From Felis catus (taxonomy: Eukaryota): DNA of 64,000 nt. This document shows, piece after piece, positions 1-13,697 of the stretch (positions are counted from its first letter, which is position 1; the number at the start of each line of letters is the position of its first letter). The translations under genes were made by a program, and so were the position numbers. The DNA is taken from assembly GCF_018350175.1 (NCBI RefSeq), contig NC_058368.1:57972001-58036000 (forward strand), in the 5' to 3' direction. The notes under the pieces are model-generated. The model worked only from the letters and a program-made list of their open reading frames with translations, searched no databases and was not told the origin of the DNA.

Positions 1-838
1 AAAATGGAAACAAAGTATATTCTCAAAAAATTGGGCAATCAGAATCAAAACCATTAAAGAAAAACAAAAGAGCATCCCTCTTTATTCTGTCCCATGCAAT
101 ATACTCACAACACATGTACTGGACTAAAGACCATTAAAATACTAAATTTATATTTTTGTATATAAAAATATTACACATATATAAAATGTATGAGTGTGCA
201 TGTGTGTATGAGAGAGAGAATTATGCCGATGGTCGGTATTATCAGTGTTCCAACATTTTTTAATCATTTAGAGTGAATTTAATAATATGATATTTGCAAA
301 GTATCAACTGAAATCTTTAGTTTGTTTAGCATGTTTTCTGTTTCACTAGGCGGCTTTCTCTAAATGAGCAATTAATATGCTGTTTGCATATAGCTAAATG
401 CATTCTTGTAAATCATCTCAACTAGGTACTTCATGCACAATGATGAAGCTTCTAAGTGCAACTCAGACACTTCAAACAAAATACTTTGTTCCTTCTTATA
501 TTTATCATGTACTATGGGTTTCTTTTTTTTCCCTGCTATATCCCCAGTGATTTGACTGACATTTCAGACTTGCACAATTTAAAATTGCACTTTGGCAACA
601 ATGTAAAATTTGGGGAAATTAGGAGTTGAGTAATAGTTGAAGTAGTATTTTCCCCAATAAAAAATACTTACGAAATTTTTACTAGTGTTACTTAAATTCC
701 TTAAATATATGTTTCTGAATTTTTACACAACTTTTAAAAGGGGAAAACATAAAATTGAACCTTGATACCTTTAGCTACAGTCAGACTTGTGACATGATAT
801 CACTATAGAATTACATTAAGAAATCTGACAAAATAAAT

Positions 839-1061
839 GGGGCGCCTGAGTGGCTCAGTTGGTTAAGTGTCTGACTTTGGCTCAGGTCATGAACTTGTGG
901 TTCATGGGTTCAAGCCCCACATCAGGTTCTGTGCTGACAGCTCAGAGCCTGGAGCCTGCTTTGGATTCTGTGTTTTCCTCTCTCTCTGCCCTTCCCCCGT
1001 TCACTCGCTCTCTCTCTCTCTCTCTCATAAATAAAATAAACATTTAAAAAACTTAAAAAAA
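839..1061 (+). mobile_element. CanSINE (feliform SINEC_Fc-type)
   Basis: GGGGCGCCTG head, tRNA-like A/B boxes, (CT)n, A-rich tail; imperfect TSD AAGAAATCTGAC(A/C)AAA starting at 818 and 1062. Confidence 0.97.
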
Positions 1062-2114
1062 AAGAAATCTGACCAAAAAAATTGGCTTACACCTGAAGGT
1101 ATCTGTGAAGGTCAATGTATCTGAGAGAAGCTAGGCCGTGACAATATCAGCAAATTTACTGAATATTTACAATGTTCTAGCTAGCTACCCACACACTCTA
1201 CATATTTAACTCATTTCACCTTTATTTTGGAAAGAAATGTAAGCAAAGATGAGTTTATAAATTCTTCAAACCAGTCACAAATTTACTAGTTGTTCAGGAT
1301 TGGATTAACATCTGACCTCTAATGGATGTATATGTATGTATATATGTTGCAGTAGTTGTCTTTCAATGGGAATACGGTGACCAGTTCTAAAAACACTATT
1401 ATCCAGGTTGAAGATGGTACTACTTTCCTATTTCTTCACACTCCCCTACCATCACTCTTCTCAGTCCCTTCTTTCCTGATTTTATTTTGTCTTTTCAGTT
1501 CATTCTAGGTAGAGCAGCAATTAAAAATGTAGCACAGGGATATAATCTTCCAATTTCTGTTTTTAGAGTAACTGGGACTGTGAAAGTTTTCACTTTAATG
1601 AATACTTTAGTGGAAGTCATAATGGAAAGAAATAAAAACAAAAGTTCTATAAAGACACTGATTTCTACCAATAAAGAAAAATGTGGCAGGAAATAACAGG
1701 ACATTGCCATTCTCTATATTGTCGATATCTAAATAGGGAGCAAAGTTTAAGTAAAAACAAGGCCAGTCTTTGTCATGTGTTCAATATGTCAAACTGCCAT
1801 TACCTTTAGGATTTTGAAGTTCAGACTGGTAACAACCTACTCTCTATTTAGGTAATTTAGTCCTTGTGAAAGGAAGATTGGCAGAAAGGGAAGAAAGTGA
1901 AGTGCTCTGTTTATCCAAAGAAAAATAGATCCTGGGCACTGAGTGCACAATCCGCTATCATGTTATCCTGAACAAGACACTTTTCTTTATACATAAAAAG
2001 AATCATTTACAGGACAAAGGGTAATTGAGATATTGACCTTAACCACTCCTTGATCTTAGAAACCTGTCCATTTGGTATACAATGCCAGGGAAGCCTCTGC
2101 TACTTTACTGTCCT

Positions 2115-2162
2115 CAAAAACAAAAACAAAACAAAAACAAAACAAAACAAAACAAAAAACAA
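2115..2162 (+). repeat. (CAAAA)n simple repeat
   Basis: Directly visible tandem pentamer/hexamer. Confidence 0.9.
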
Positions 2163-3604
2163 CTAAGTTCCCTCTAAATTGTCAAAGATTGAATGTCTGC
2201 ACAATATAAAATAGATACTTAAAATAAATTCTGAACTAGTGATTATTGGCTTTTAACACATTTATCAGGTGTTAGGAATAAAGTAAAAGCAACACAGACT
2301 TGCTACTTACGAAGAAATTGCTTAAATCGTTATCAAGTGATCCCTAACCAATGCTTTCACTCTTGTTTTTTGATAAAGTAACCAAGAAAGTACAATTCTA
2401 GTGTCATGTGGAAGTCCCCAAGCACAATTTAAAGATGGTAGGCTACTCTAATGCCATATACAATTTCATTTTCAACCCTGACTTGAAGGAACACCACTCT
2501 ACAGTATTTGTTTGTTTGTTTGTTTATATTAGTCATAGAACCTTTATTTCAGAATGCCTACAGGACTGAGTTTCATAGCTATATGACTAATTTATAGCTC
2601 TAAATCACAATAACACTGAATCTAAAATACTTTATCCTGCACAAAAACGTGGCCTGAGAAATGTTCATTTGAATTTAATTTACTTATGTTTCACTTTATG
2701 CAGCTGTACATATAAAAAACATTAACACAATTGAGGAATACAATGGCTTCTAGATCAAAAGAATTTTTGTAATAACATCTCACCTTGAGGTGAAAGATTT
2801 GACAACTGTAGTTGAAAATCAGCAAGTTACAGGAAAATAACATCACCAAGTCAATACAGCAACATTCATCCATTTTACTGCTCTCAGAAAAGCCTATCAA
2901 AGCTTCATTGAAATCCTGTTTATTGTTACTGGACATATAGTATGCAATGACATGATTTCCCAACCCCATAAAGAATGAGAGGAAAGTTCCTAGAGGCAAG
3001 AGAGAGTAATGGCAGAGACAAAGGACAACAGGTAACAGTGAGTGGAAAGAAAAACTACAAAAACCACTGTAGATCTCAAAGAGCAGAGCTATTCAGTGTA
3101 GGGGCTTTAACAAACCCAAATAGGGCCTGGAAGAGTGAAAAACATAAATGATGAACTTAACTTTTTTTCATTATTTTTAGTAAAGTGTTTGCAAAAGCAG
3201 GGACATACATACTGAATTAAGATTTAGAATGTAAATGGTTAAAATAAAGCAAAAAAAAAAAAAGGTGTTCAACTTAAAAGAACAACTTTGACTTGTCAAC
3301 ACCATGCACCCTATAATGTCTGACAAATGGAATATTACTACATATATACTGCTTATAAAATACACAAAGCAATTTATATAAAAACAATACAGCACCTTTT
3401 TAAACCACATATGATTGAAAGCATAAAAGCCCCTTCATGGTAAAAGCACCTTAATCACATAGGGATAGCTAAAGTCAGCTGATCTCTGCATAAGAACTTT
3501 ATATTGTGTCTTGAGTGGTCAATTGTATTGATCAGTGGGCACAACTGCCTGCAAAAGCTTTTTATGTGATAGGAGACACAGAGGGCAAAATGCTGCCCCC
3601 AAAT

Positions 3605-3796
3605 CAGTGTTTCTCAAAATGTGGTCTGTGGAACAGAACAACTGAATCTCCTGGTGAAATTGCTTTAAAATGTAGATCCCCCAAGCCCAAATGAAGTTTC
3701 ATGAATCAGAATCTAAGAGGGAGGGCCTGGGAACCTGCAGTTTAGCACACCTACCACGAAGATTTCTGGTACTAGTAAAAGTCTGGGGATCACGGT
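3605..3796 (+). mobile_element. MER5A-like hAT-Charlie non-autonomous DNA transposon
   Basis: CAGTGTTTCTCAAAATGTGGTC start, TGAATCAGAA...GGGCCTGGGAACCTGC core, ~190 bp, matches recalled MER5A layout. Confidence 0.8.
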
Positions 3797-4239
3797 ACAA
3801 AATAATTGCTTCAAAGCATAGGCCCAGCCGCCCAGTCAAGAGGAGACCTATCACATCTGTGAATTAACCCCTTCCCACACTTGTTCCTAATATGCCCGGT
3901 AAGATGATACTCCTGATTTTGACATTTCTAATGTTTTATCACAGAAAAAGTGTTCTGACATACAATAAAAACAAACTCTAACAAGCTCTAATTCATTTTA
4001 AAAAGAGTATAAGGATTCTAAACCATATATATAACTCTTGAAGCAATGAATGCCTGCAGAGGGCTTTAAAAAAATACAGAAGATAAGTGTCTAAAGCAAG
4101 TCCAGAGGATTTATTGGGCATGAGAGAAAGATATATCTCAAAGCAGTCTTGAAGAGGCAGAATGTAGCTTACATCCAGAATGGGGAAATGCAAATCTATT
4201 AAAAATTGACTGGGATGTTTAGGCTGCCCTTAACACTCT

Positions 4240-4555
4240 TGAGGCAGAAGCTGAAAACTACCAGCAAACATGTTTTGTTTGGCCGGCACAATGTTTTAAA
4301 CAACTTTGAATTATTGCCAACATGTAAAAATTGGGATAATTCTTTTCTTTAAAAAAATCTTTTCTTTCAAAACTGAAAATTGGAATAACTAGAAAAACCA
4401 GCCACATGGCAACAGTGCGAGGGATCCTGGCAGCAGCTGTCCACCTTTTTACACAGGTGTGAATTTCCAGGGCCTCCCCAGTGGCCACCAGCCTGCCTGA
4501 CTCATCAGATCACCTGCCAGGTCCCCAAAGTCATTTGCATTGTCCACTCCAGCAT
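4240..4555. mobile_element. MER102-like hAT DNA transposon fragment
   Basis: CATGTTTTGTTTGGCCGGCACAATGTTTT...TTGCCAACATGTAAAAATTGGGA and CACATGGCAACA resemble recalled MER102 consensus. Confidence 0.65.
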
Positions 4556-4759
4556 TAAGGAATTAAGGCAAAAATTCAGCCTCGTTGTGCTTCACTCTAT
4601 TTCTAACAAAAATTCTTGCTACAAAGATCCTTTCCTACTTCAGACATGTTAAGAAGGAAATCAGATAATGCCTGCAAATCACCTAGAATTCACTCTAGTG
4701 TTCTCATTCCTAGCTACCCTCAGAACCACCTATGGAACTTTAAAAAATACGGATACCTG

Positions 4760-5083
4760 GGGGTGCCTAGGTGGTTCAGTCGGTTGGGTGTCCAACTTCT
4801 GCTAGGTCATGAATTCACAGTTCCTGGGTTTGAGCCCCACGTTGGACTTTGCACTGACAGCACAGAGCCTGCTTCAGATTCTCTGTCTTCCTCTCTCTTT
4901 GCCCCTCCCTTGCATGCACTCACTCACTCTCTCTCTCTCAAAAATAAATGAACACTAGAAGAAGAAAAAGAAGGAGAAGGAGGAGATGGAGAAGAAGAAG
5001 AAGAAGAAGAAGAAGAAGAAGAAGAAGAAGAAGAAGAAGAAGAAGAAGAAGAAGAAGAAGAAGAAGAAGAAGAAGAAGAAGAA
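4760..5083 (+). mobile_element. CanSINE with tail converted to purine/GAA repeat
   Basis: GGGGTGCCTAGGTGG head; body ends ~4955; degenerate TSD AAAATACGGATACCTG / AAAATACACATGTCTG. Confidence 0.93.
4991..5083 (+). repeat. (GAA)31 pure trinucleotide microsatellite
   Basis: 93 nt uninterrupted GAA, preceded by degenerate GAA/GGA units from ~4958. Confidence 0.98.
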
Positions 5084-6332
5084 AATACACATGTCTGGAG
5101 GCCACCCCCAGAGATTCTGATGTATGCTCTGGGATGTACCCTGGGCAGCAGCAGTGCATAAAGCTCCCTAAATGGTTCCAATGAACACCCAAGGGTGAGA
5201 ACTCCTAGCTTCAGAGGATGCAGGTTGTTGAGTGAGAAACATTAAGTTTATTTCAATGTCAACCTCCAAATACGGATTTCTAATCTCTCACCTCTGTGAT
5301 AATATACATTGTCTCTTATTTTTTGAAATGGGCTATTATTCCAAAAGCCTACCAAATGCCATTTACAAACTGATAAAAGAAGTCAAAGTGTGTTTTGATT
5401 TCTACCATTCATTTCCCTCCAACACACCTGAGGAATGAAACACTAAGAAAATGAGAGGTTATCCTGAGACAAAACCCAAGCAGCACAAACAGCTCAAATA
5501 CAGAAAGAAGAAGTTCACAGTGGCAGGCTTGTATAGAAAAAAACAAAATTGATTTGAAATTTATCACTGCACGAAGTGGAAATTTTTTCAAATAAAAAAA
5601 GAACAATTTCTGCAAGACTTTCCAGTAATGGCCCAATTTTTATCTTAAGTATATGAATTCCAAATTATTGCCTATCGTCAAGTTTTCTGTTATGTAGTGT
5701 GCATTTGTATTTTGGCTTCCAAACATGCGAATTGCAAACTACTGTCACCTAATTTGCAAAGTATTACTACCTTACATTTGAAAAGCACATTTTCAAAAAT
5801 GGTTTTACATAATAATGGCTTCTATGTACTAGACTTCCATGCAACAAGGAAAGTAGTAGGTACTCTATATATACAATCTCAAATAAGTCAGACAACCCCA
5901 CAAAGTTAATTTTGTAACCCCAAAAGGGTTTCTGTACAAAGAAAAGGAGCTTCAGAAGGATTGAAAATTCGAGATTATCGATCACTGAGCTAGTGGGTGG
6001 CACACTTGGTCTGTCAAACTCCCAAACCTATGCTTTTCACACTAAACTCCCTTTCCTTGTTTAATCATCATGACACAGAACACCTGTGCCCTGGAATCCG
6101 CATTTGCCAGTGAAACACAGAGAGGTTCATAGTGCGCTCCACATCACACAATGCCACGGTCACACCTGCCTTCCCACACTCTATTCCATGTTCTTTCAGA
6201 AGATCAAATCATGTGGTTGACATGTCACATTATAAAAGCTATACTAGTGGCAGGTAAGTAGTACCTATGGGTAGACTTCTAATGCTCCCCATTTCTGAGA
6301 CTCAAACATTACTCCAAATGTGACTTAGCTTC

Positions 6333-6542
6333 AGGGCGCCTGGATGGCTTGGTCGGTTAAGCGGCCGACTTCGGCTCAGGTCATGATCTCACGGTCCGTA
6401 TGTTCGAGCCCTGTGTTGGGCTCTGTGCTGACAGCTCAGAGCCTGGAGCCTGTTTCAGATTCTGTGTCTCCCTCTCTCTCTGCCCCTCCCCTGTTCATGC
6501 TCTTTCTCTCTCTCTCTCAAAAATAAATAAACGTTAAAAAAT
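6333..6542 (+). mobile_element. CanSINE (SINEC_Fc-type)
   Basis: Full body; TSD TGTGACTTAGCTTCA at 6319-6333 and 6543-6557. Confidence 0.97.
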
Positions 6543-7045
6543 TGTGACTTAGCTTCAACACAGGCCTGGTACATTCATTCTTTTCTGTTGTAGGTCACAT
6601 ATGCATCAGGTATCCGGTTTAACTCCTTTATCCATCCTAGAATCTTCTCATGAATCCTATAAGCAATGATGCTGATGACATATGGGCACAAGCACCACTC
6701 GCCAGGCTTCCAGTCCTTGGCTTCCCTGACACCGTCACCAATCAATCAGCAGGACATCCTGAAGAATGGCAGATGTCACCTTCTTCTTCCTTTTTTTCCT
6801 TCATTTGTAATCATAAAAAGACTGTGTGATAAAAATCCAGTTAGAAGTCTCACGTCCATGAGTGCCTCTGTCTGCGGCATGCTCCCAGGGGAATATATTA
6901 TTTGATGTCCATTTCATGTCCTCTTCTGTAAGCTGCCGGCACCATCCTTAAATTTGTATTTTGAAACCTGCATCAGTGATGGGTTGTGGCCAAGAAGTGA
7001 TTCTGGAGCAAAAGTAGCACAATACAGCTCCCTGATGATTGGTTA

Positions 7046-7207
<162 letters not shown>

Positions 7208-7322
7208 TCAATCTGGATTTTCCATAATTTCCCAGAAAACAGTCTTCCTTCATAGATGCATATTGCGTCCACATAGGGCAGTGACTGCATGTAGCCATGC
7301 TTCTTTCCTGAGGATTGAGCTA

Positions 7323-7490
<168 letters not shown>

Positions 7491-7526
7491 TTAGAATACT
7501 TTATTTATACTCTATCTTCTCTTTAT

Positions 7527-7740
7527 TTTTTTAATTAAAAAATTTTAATGTTTATTGATAAGAAAGAAAGAGAGCAAGTGCAGGAGGGGTAGAGAGAGAC
7601 AAAGACACAGAATCCTAAGCAGGCTCCAGGCTCTGAACTGTCAGCACAGAGCTGGACGCAGGGCTCGAACCCATGAACCACGAGATCATGACCTGAGTAG
7701 AAGTGGGTCGCTTAACTTACTGAGCCACCCAGATGTCCCT
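7527..7740 (-). mobile_element. CanSINE
   Basis: Reverse-complement body; TSD CT(A/T)TCTTCTCTTTATT on both sides. Confidence 0.96.
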
Positions 7741-8075
7741 CTTTCTTCTCTTTATTACTCCAAGGTGGTAAAGATTTCTGCAGACTACTTCTCTTGGACA
7801 ACTAGAAGTTCTCTGTCCCCTTGTCTGATGTCAGAGCTCATGCTCTTCCCGTTTGCACCATTCTGCTTCATGTTGTACCTAATCTTTTTTCAGAGGAAGC
7901 TGATGACCCCCACTCAAAATCTGATGCATGTCCACCCTGACCCACATCCCCAGGTGCTGGACATCAGGCTCTGCCCTCCAGCCACAGAAGACCACACCTA
8001 CCCTGCCAAAGGGGACTGCCCCCCCACCCCCCCACCCCCCTGCCAACACTCTACAATATTTAAATTAGATCTCTC

Positions 8076-8285
8076 TGGGCACCTGGTTGGCTCCGTCAGT
8101 TAAGACTCCAACTTTTGATTTCAGCTCAAGTCATGATCTCATGGTTTGTGGGGGTTGAGCCCTGGGTTAGGCTGTGTGTTGACAGTGTGGAGCCTGCTTG
8201 TTTTTTTCTCTCTCCCTCTCTCTCTGCCCCTCCTCCGCCTGCTCTCTTAGTCTCCCCCTCTCTCTCAAGTAAATAAACATTACAA
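8076..8285 (+). mobile_element. CanSINE, older subfamily
   Basis: GGGCACCTGGTTGGCTC head, TTGATTTCAGCTCA variant, lacks CTCAGAGCC insert; degenerate TSD AAATTAGATCTCTC / AAACTGGATTTCTC. Confidence 0.93.
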
Positions 8286-8619
8286 AACTGGATTTCTCCA
8301 TCATTAAATATCCATTATACTAGAAGGAATGAAAACATATGTATTTATTATTTAAATATTAGACACAATGTCCATTTCAAAAAGCATGGATTTAAGTTTG
8401 ACTTAATAGCTTGAGAACTTTCTTTAAAAAATCAGAAGAGAAAGCTATTTATAACAAAGATAGCATTCTGAGACCTTAATTATTTACGTAATATTTAAAA
8501 GATCAAATAAACTGTGTGTGGGGGGAGGTATAGGTGTGGGGAGGGCTGGGGAAAGTGATTAATATAAATGTAGTTGTGGCTAACATAAATAAAATGGCAA
8601 TGGAAAACTAATGAGTGAA

Positions 8620-8830
8620 CTTTTATACCATGTGCTAAGAACTTGAATGGAATTTTATATAGTTTTTCTTGTTTTTTTAAAATTTTTATTTTAAATCTTC
8701 ACAGAAGAACAATTGGAGACTGTGTATTATCTGACTTTTATTAATGAGAAAGCTGAGTCTGAAAGATTTATTTTCACACATTATAGATCACTGAAATTAA
8801 AAACAAGAGACTCTCACTTAGAAGCCTGTA
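8620..8830 (-). mobile_element. MIR fragment
   Basis: TGTGCTAAGAACTT...AATCTTCACA...TATTATC..TTTTA..AATGAGAAAGCTGAG core. Confidence 0.55.
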
Positions 8831-10195
8831 TTCTTTCTATGGGTCATGTATTATTGTCTAATTCATGTCTATTTCTTTCATACCACTACCTCAGTCATAT
8901 CCCTACATCATTGCTTCATTGGTCCAAATCATTGAAATAATATACTGTTAAGAAAATCCATGAGGTATTTCAATGTCACAATTTATCTCAATGTAAAATG
9001 GAAATAATTATCCAAAACCTGTCAGTAGCATGTCTCTTCTACAATAACTGAGATAATAGCATGAGAAAGTGTAAGTATTTTAGAAATTCTAAGATGATAG
9101 AAAGTGCACGATGTCATATGTAAATTGTTTGTATTCATCTATTGTAATATTTGAAATTGTTTTTATTCTTTAACAGAATTATACAAATGAATGTTATCTG
9201 ACTTATGTTCCTGATTCATATTCATTTAACTCTTCTTTGGATAAGACATTGCTCACAACATAATAATCATAAATATAAGGCATAAAAGAGAAAATGGTTA
9301 TCTTGTATTATCAACACATACTAAACACTTTAAATCTATTGTTAGAATATATGTCTTTAACTTGCATGCCACCATGTCAAAATCAGAATAAAGGTAATGA
9401 CTTTTTCTGCCTTTTCCCATTATAAAAATATGAATATTTTTAGGCATGATAATTCTCTTTATTGTTAGGCTTCTGTGCTATTGGATACCATGAAGAACAT
9501 TTTAAATCTTATTTTTGCAAAGCATAAAACTCAAACATGCTTTTGTTGATAGTATTTCTTACTTTACAAGGAAAAGTAGCATATTTCAGGTAGAATTTTA
9601 ACGTTTTTGGCTTCCCAGCTTCTCACACACATTTTGACTTGTATTTCACTGGCCCAACAATTATTTTGAATATTTATGAATCCCATTTTCTTGTTTCCCA
9701 ATTTTTGATTTATGTTCTGAATAGTTGTAGTAATAATATAATAATAATAAAGTATGGGGTTGTTTTGGGTTGCTTTATACCCATTATTTTTTGGGTGGGT
9801 AGAGGAGATGTGTGATATCAGACAATGAAGATTGTTTTATTATGACTGTATTCTTACCTGCTTAAATTTAAAGTTTGTTCCTGTGTTTAGAGATAGAAAA
9901 CAAAAAACAAAACAAAACAAAACTTAATGGAAAGATGTTGGTGAAAGCTGGTAACTTATGGAGTTAATATGGCAAGGGTATCTTGGTGTAAACTTTTATA
10001 TGCAGGGCTACAATGATAACATTTTGCAGAGTATCAGAGATAAGGCCATTTTTCCTAACTTTCCATAGAAGTTATCAATGTTTTGATTCCAAGAATACAT
10101 AGAAATTTTTGTATCATCAGTAAAAGTAGACTGTACATGAATGCTATTATGTCAATAACAGTGGCACCATGAAGTCTTCCCAAATAAGTGACAGG

Positions 10196-10261
10196 GTTTG
10201 TTTTGTGTTTTGTTTTGTTTTGTTTTTTGTTGTTGTTTGTTTGTTTTTTGTTTTCTTTTGT
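10196..10261 (+). repeat. (GTTTT)n/(GTT)n simple repeat
   Basis: Directly visible. Confidence 0.9.
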
Positions 10262-10549
10262 GAGCATACATGAGACACTTCATTGTGAACTCTCATAAGA
10301 ATGGGAAGGACTCATTAAGGCATGTCTAATTTCCAACAATAAATTTCCTGAGGCCACCATAATTTAGGCACAAAAAGGACAGGTAATATGGCTTTGCTTT
10401 GTGATCAAAAGCTTGGGGCATTCTAGTTAGAATGTTAATAGTAGTAATGACAACAATAATGAAAGAAATCATTGAGACAGTATTCTCAGGATTCAACATA
10501 TAGTTTCTGTTTTCCAACTTGACATTAATCATATGATATATGTGATATG

Positions 10550-10675
10550 GCTATTACTATCACTGTTTTACAGATGAAGAATTTGAAATTCAAAGATGTT
10601 AAATAACTTTTCCAAGGTCACATAACAACTAAATAGTAGTCAAGACTGAAATCAATTGCTCTTACTCTAACCGTG
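10550..10675 (-). mobile_element. MIR core fragment
   Basis: TATTACTATCACTGTTTTACAGATGAAGAA...GTTAAATAACTTTTCCAAGGTCACATA is the MIR core. Confidence 0.85.
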
Positions 10676-11675
10676 CTATCAATCAGCATTGCTGGGTTCA
10701 TTTGGTGCATTTTAACACATGAGAAGTACTTGTTTTGTACATCAGTAAATACAGACTAAAACAACTGGCAAAACTGAAAAGATGGAGTCTGAAACTGGAA
10801 TAAAGTAGAATATTACAAATAGAATACTTGTAAAGGTAAAAAATTAAGAAATTATTTTCACTTGAAGATCTAATCAGTTTATATCTTGTTATCCAGAACT
10901 CTATCATATGCCTACTTATATATGACAAGAAGTTCAGAAATGCGCTTCATTCCATGTACCCAAACTGGCAGCTAGACTCTCCACTATGTATAGTACAACT
11001 GAAAAGTGGACAGGGGAGAGATAGATAGATAATAGATGATTGAGAGATACTGGTAGATGCAGGAGCTATTTAATATTAACACTTAATTAAAATATATATT
11101 TAAGATAAGTCTCAATAGAAGTAAAGCAAAAAATTTCATATTATTTTTCTCATGTTAAATTGCACATTTTCTATTTTTGTTGTTGTTGTTGGCTTCTTAA
11201 ATTGCCACTTACTTGTTTAGATTATTCACAATTGGCTAAAGTTTAAGGACTAGTATTTCATAAATTGTTGGGGAGAAGATGACCAGCTTTGTCAATAAGG
11301 GAATTTGACACTGTGTATCAAAAACATAAATTATTCTGTACAGAATACAATCTCTACAGGGACAGGAAACCTGGCAGTAAGTGCCAGTGTTCTGAGATGA
11401 ATGCCAGGCCCCATACAGACATGCACCAAATATTGTTTGAATGAATGAGTTAAATACCTCTAATTCTAGTAATTCTGATACCAGAAAAGCATTTTAGGAA
11501 TAAAACAGCTTAGCATTAAACATATGTAAAAGAGTGCTAAATTTGACCTTCTTTCCGAAACTAAAAATGGAAGCAATATACATATCCCAAAATATCAGAC
11601 TGCTTGATTAAATTACATTGTGTTCATACAATAGGATAGTAGAGATTTATTTTAAAAAAGCAATAATTATGAATA

Positions 11676-11910
11676 TAGTAAAACTTTGGTTGGGGAGAAT
11701 AAATCGTTCTGGAAACGTGCTTGTAAGTCAAAGCACTTGTGTATCAAACTGAATTTCAAGAACCATTGGCTCAGTTGTGATCATGTGACATTTGGTGTCA
11801 GGTACTACTTATATTGCAAGACATCTCTCATTTATCGAGTTAAAATTTATTAGAAAGGTTTGCTGTTCTTGCGGAACACTTGCGGAACAAGTTACTCACA
11901 ATTTTTACTG
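11676..11910. mobile_element. Tigger/pogo-type MITE (TcMar-Tigger), ~235 bp
   Basis: TA|TAGTAAAA...TTTTACTG|TA terminal inverted ends with TA TSD. Confidence 0.8.
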
Positions 11911-12149
11911 TACATGGAGAGATATTTACTGTATAGGGAGATGTTTATGCTAAATGAAACAGCAGTTGCTAAATATACATAATATGAGATAGAGTGGTAA
12001 CAGCACACCATTTTACTGCTACTCTATAAAGCAAATGTATAATGGATGTTAAATAGTACTCTCAGGTTAATTTCATCTTTACAACAGATAAATTTAATCT
12101 TAGACATCTTCAGACTTATGAGGTCACTATTACTAATAAATTGTTAATT

Positions 12150-12320
12150 ATTTTAAGTCTTACATCAGCTCTATGAGATCTGTACCATTTAATTCCCGTA
12201 GAAACTGAAACCCAGAAAGCTTATTGACCTTGTTCTAGAATACACATTAAAGACTAGCAAAGAGAGTGTTTGAAACCAGGGAATCAAGCTCCTGAGCTAT
12301 TCATCTTAAACCTTCTATTC
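12150..12320 (-). mobile_element. MIR fragment
   Basis: CTCTATGAGAT..GTACCATT...GAAACTGAAACCCAGAAAG...TTTGAAACCAGG. Confidence 0.65.
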
Positions 12321-13535
12321 TATGCCTGAAGCCATATGCATTATAATTTATTTAGGTTTTACCTTGTGTGTTGGGTTATAGTAATATTTGTTTATTTTCT
12401 TATAGTGAATACACACTACTTTTAAAACCAGAGAGCTTAAATAGGAAGTGAAAAATTTTTTTAAAGGAATTAGGTAATATAAAGGCATTTGGAGTAGAAG
12501 ACAAATAGTTTGCACAACAAATTACAAATGTCAAGGAATCAATACAGTTAGTAACATTATTAGAGTCTGAGGCTGACTGTGGTATAGTATTGGGGCATTA
12601 TGTCAAAAAGCTGTGGAGAAACATGAGAGGGGCCATTGCTACTTTTTTGAGCTCTAATTCTGTGGTTAATGTTTCAAGTTTTGATTTCCCTGACTCTTAT
12701 GTGTTTTCTCCTTTCCATGGTCTAGTAAGTACCAACTGACAGGATCAGAACTTAATAGATTGTTTGATTTTAGTGTAATTTAAAAAATAAAATGCATTTT
12801 TTATTCATGGATAAAATATTAAAAATTCCCTGACTTTAAAAAAATAGAGAAAAAGTTGAGAAACATATTTATTATGTCCACTGAAATTTTATTTAAAAGC
12901 TATGTCACCAGAATGCAAAACCATTTGATTGAATGTCCCTAGCACTCTCTGAATTCAATAAAAAAAGTGATATTAAATGTTCTTTATATTTTATATTTCT
13001 CTATTTGTCATTATATTATGCTGAATTTTATTTTATAAAGATGCTCCTTATATAAAAAATTAACAAATTTTCTATAAAAATATTGCATATCAAAGTTAAA
13101 AATCTAAAGAACATTTATCAATGTTTCTGTTAAAAACAAATTCATTTTCAACAATAATATTTTTTGATGAGTCATTTTGCAACCCAACTCATGTCTTGCT
13201 AATATTACATTCTTATTTTGAAATCAAATCTGTATAAGACTATACTATATGTGGAATAAAATGCCTATGATTAAAAAAAGAATCAGTGGTTCTGAAATTA
13301 GAATACTATTTGTATTTTTTCAGTGAACATAGAATTACTTTATTTGAAGTTCTTTCTAAATGCAGTGTACAGAATTGTCTTTATATTTCAAAATAATTTA
13401 AATGACAGTAAAGCAAAATCCTTTTAATCTGTAACTTAAATAATGTCTAGAGTTCACAGTGGATATAACAGAAAGTCAAGATATCTTGACAATTGAAAAG
13501 GACATTTTCAGTTTTCAGTTAGTTCTATACATGTC

Positions 13536-13697
13536 TATAATATATATATATATATATATATGCATATATATATGCTTATGTTATAGACATATATATATGT
13601 GTATATGTCATACACACATATACATATGTTCTCATATATTAATACACACATATATGAATGAAACCTGAAAATATACCTACATATATTATATATATTT
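13536..13697. repeat. (TA)n/(CA/TG)-rich low-complexity tract
   Basis: Alternating purine-pyrimidine runs. Confidence 0.85.

Larger units (their letters stand above)
4696..5208. mobile_element. MER5B-like element split by a CanSINE (pieces ~4696-4759 and ~5084-5208)
   Basis: AGTGTTCTCA...AGAACCACCT..GAACTTTAAAAAATAC, then CCACCCCCAGAGATTCTGAT...GGGTGAGAACT; the two halves rejoin into MER5B layout. Confidence 0.75.

Noticed and set aside
2691..2999. 102-aa minus-strand ORF and coding-looking plus strand
   Set aside because: No domain recognised; plus-strand frames contain stops
4924..5192. Poly-Ser, poly-Leu and poly-Arg ORFs
   Set aside because: Translations of the (GAA)n microsatellite
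7555..8103. 182-aa ORF
   Set aside because: Begins in an antisense SINE and ends in another SINE; non-ATG start; no recognisable domain
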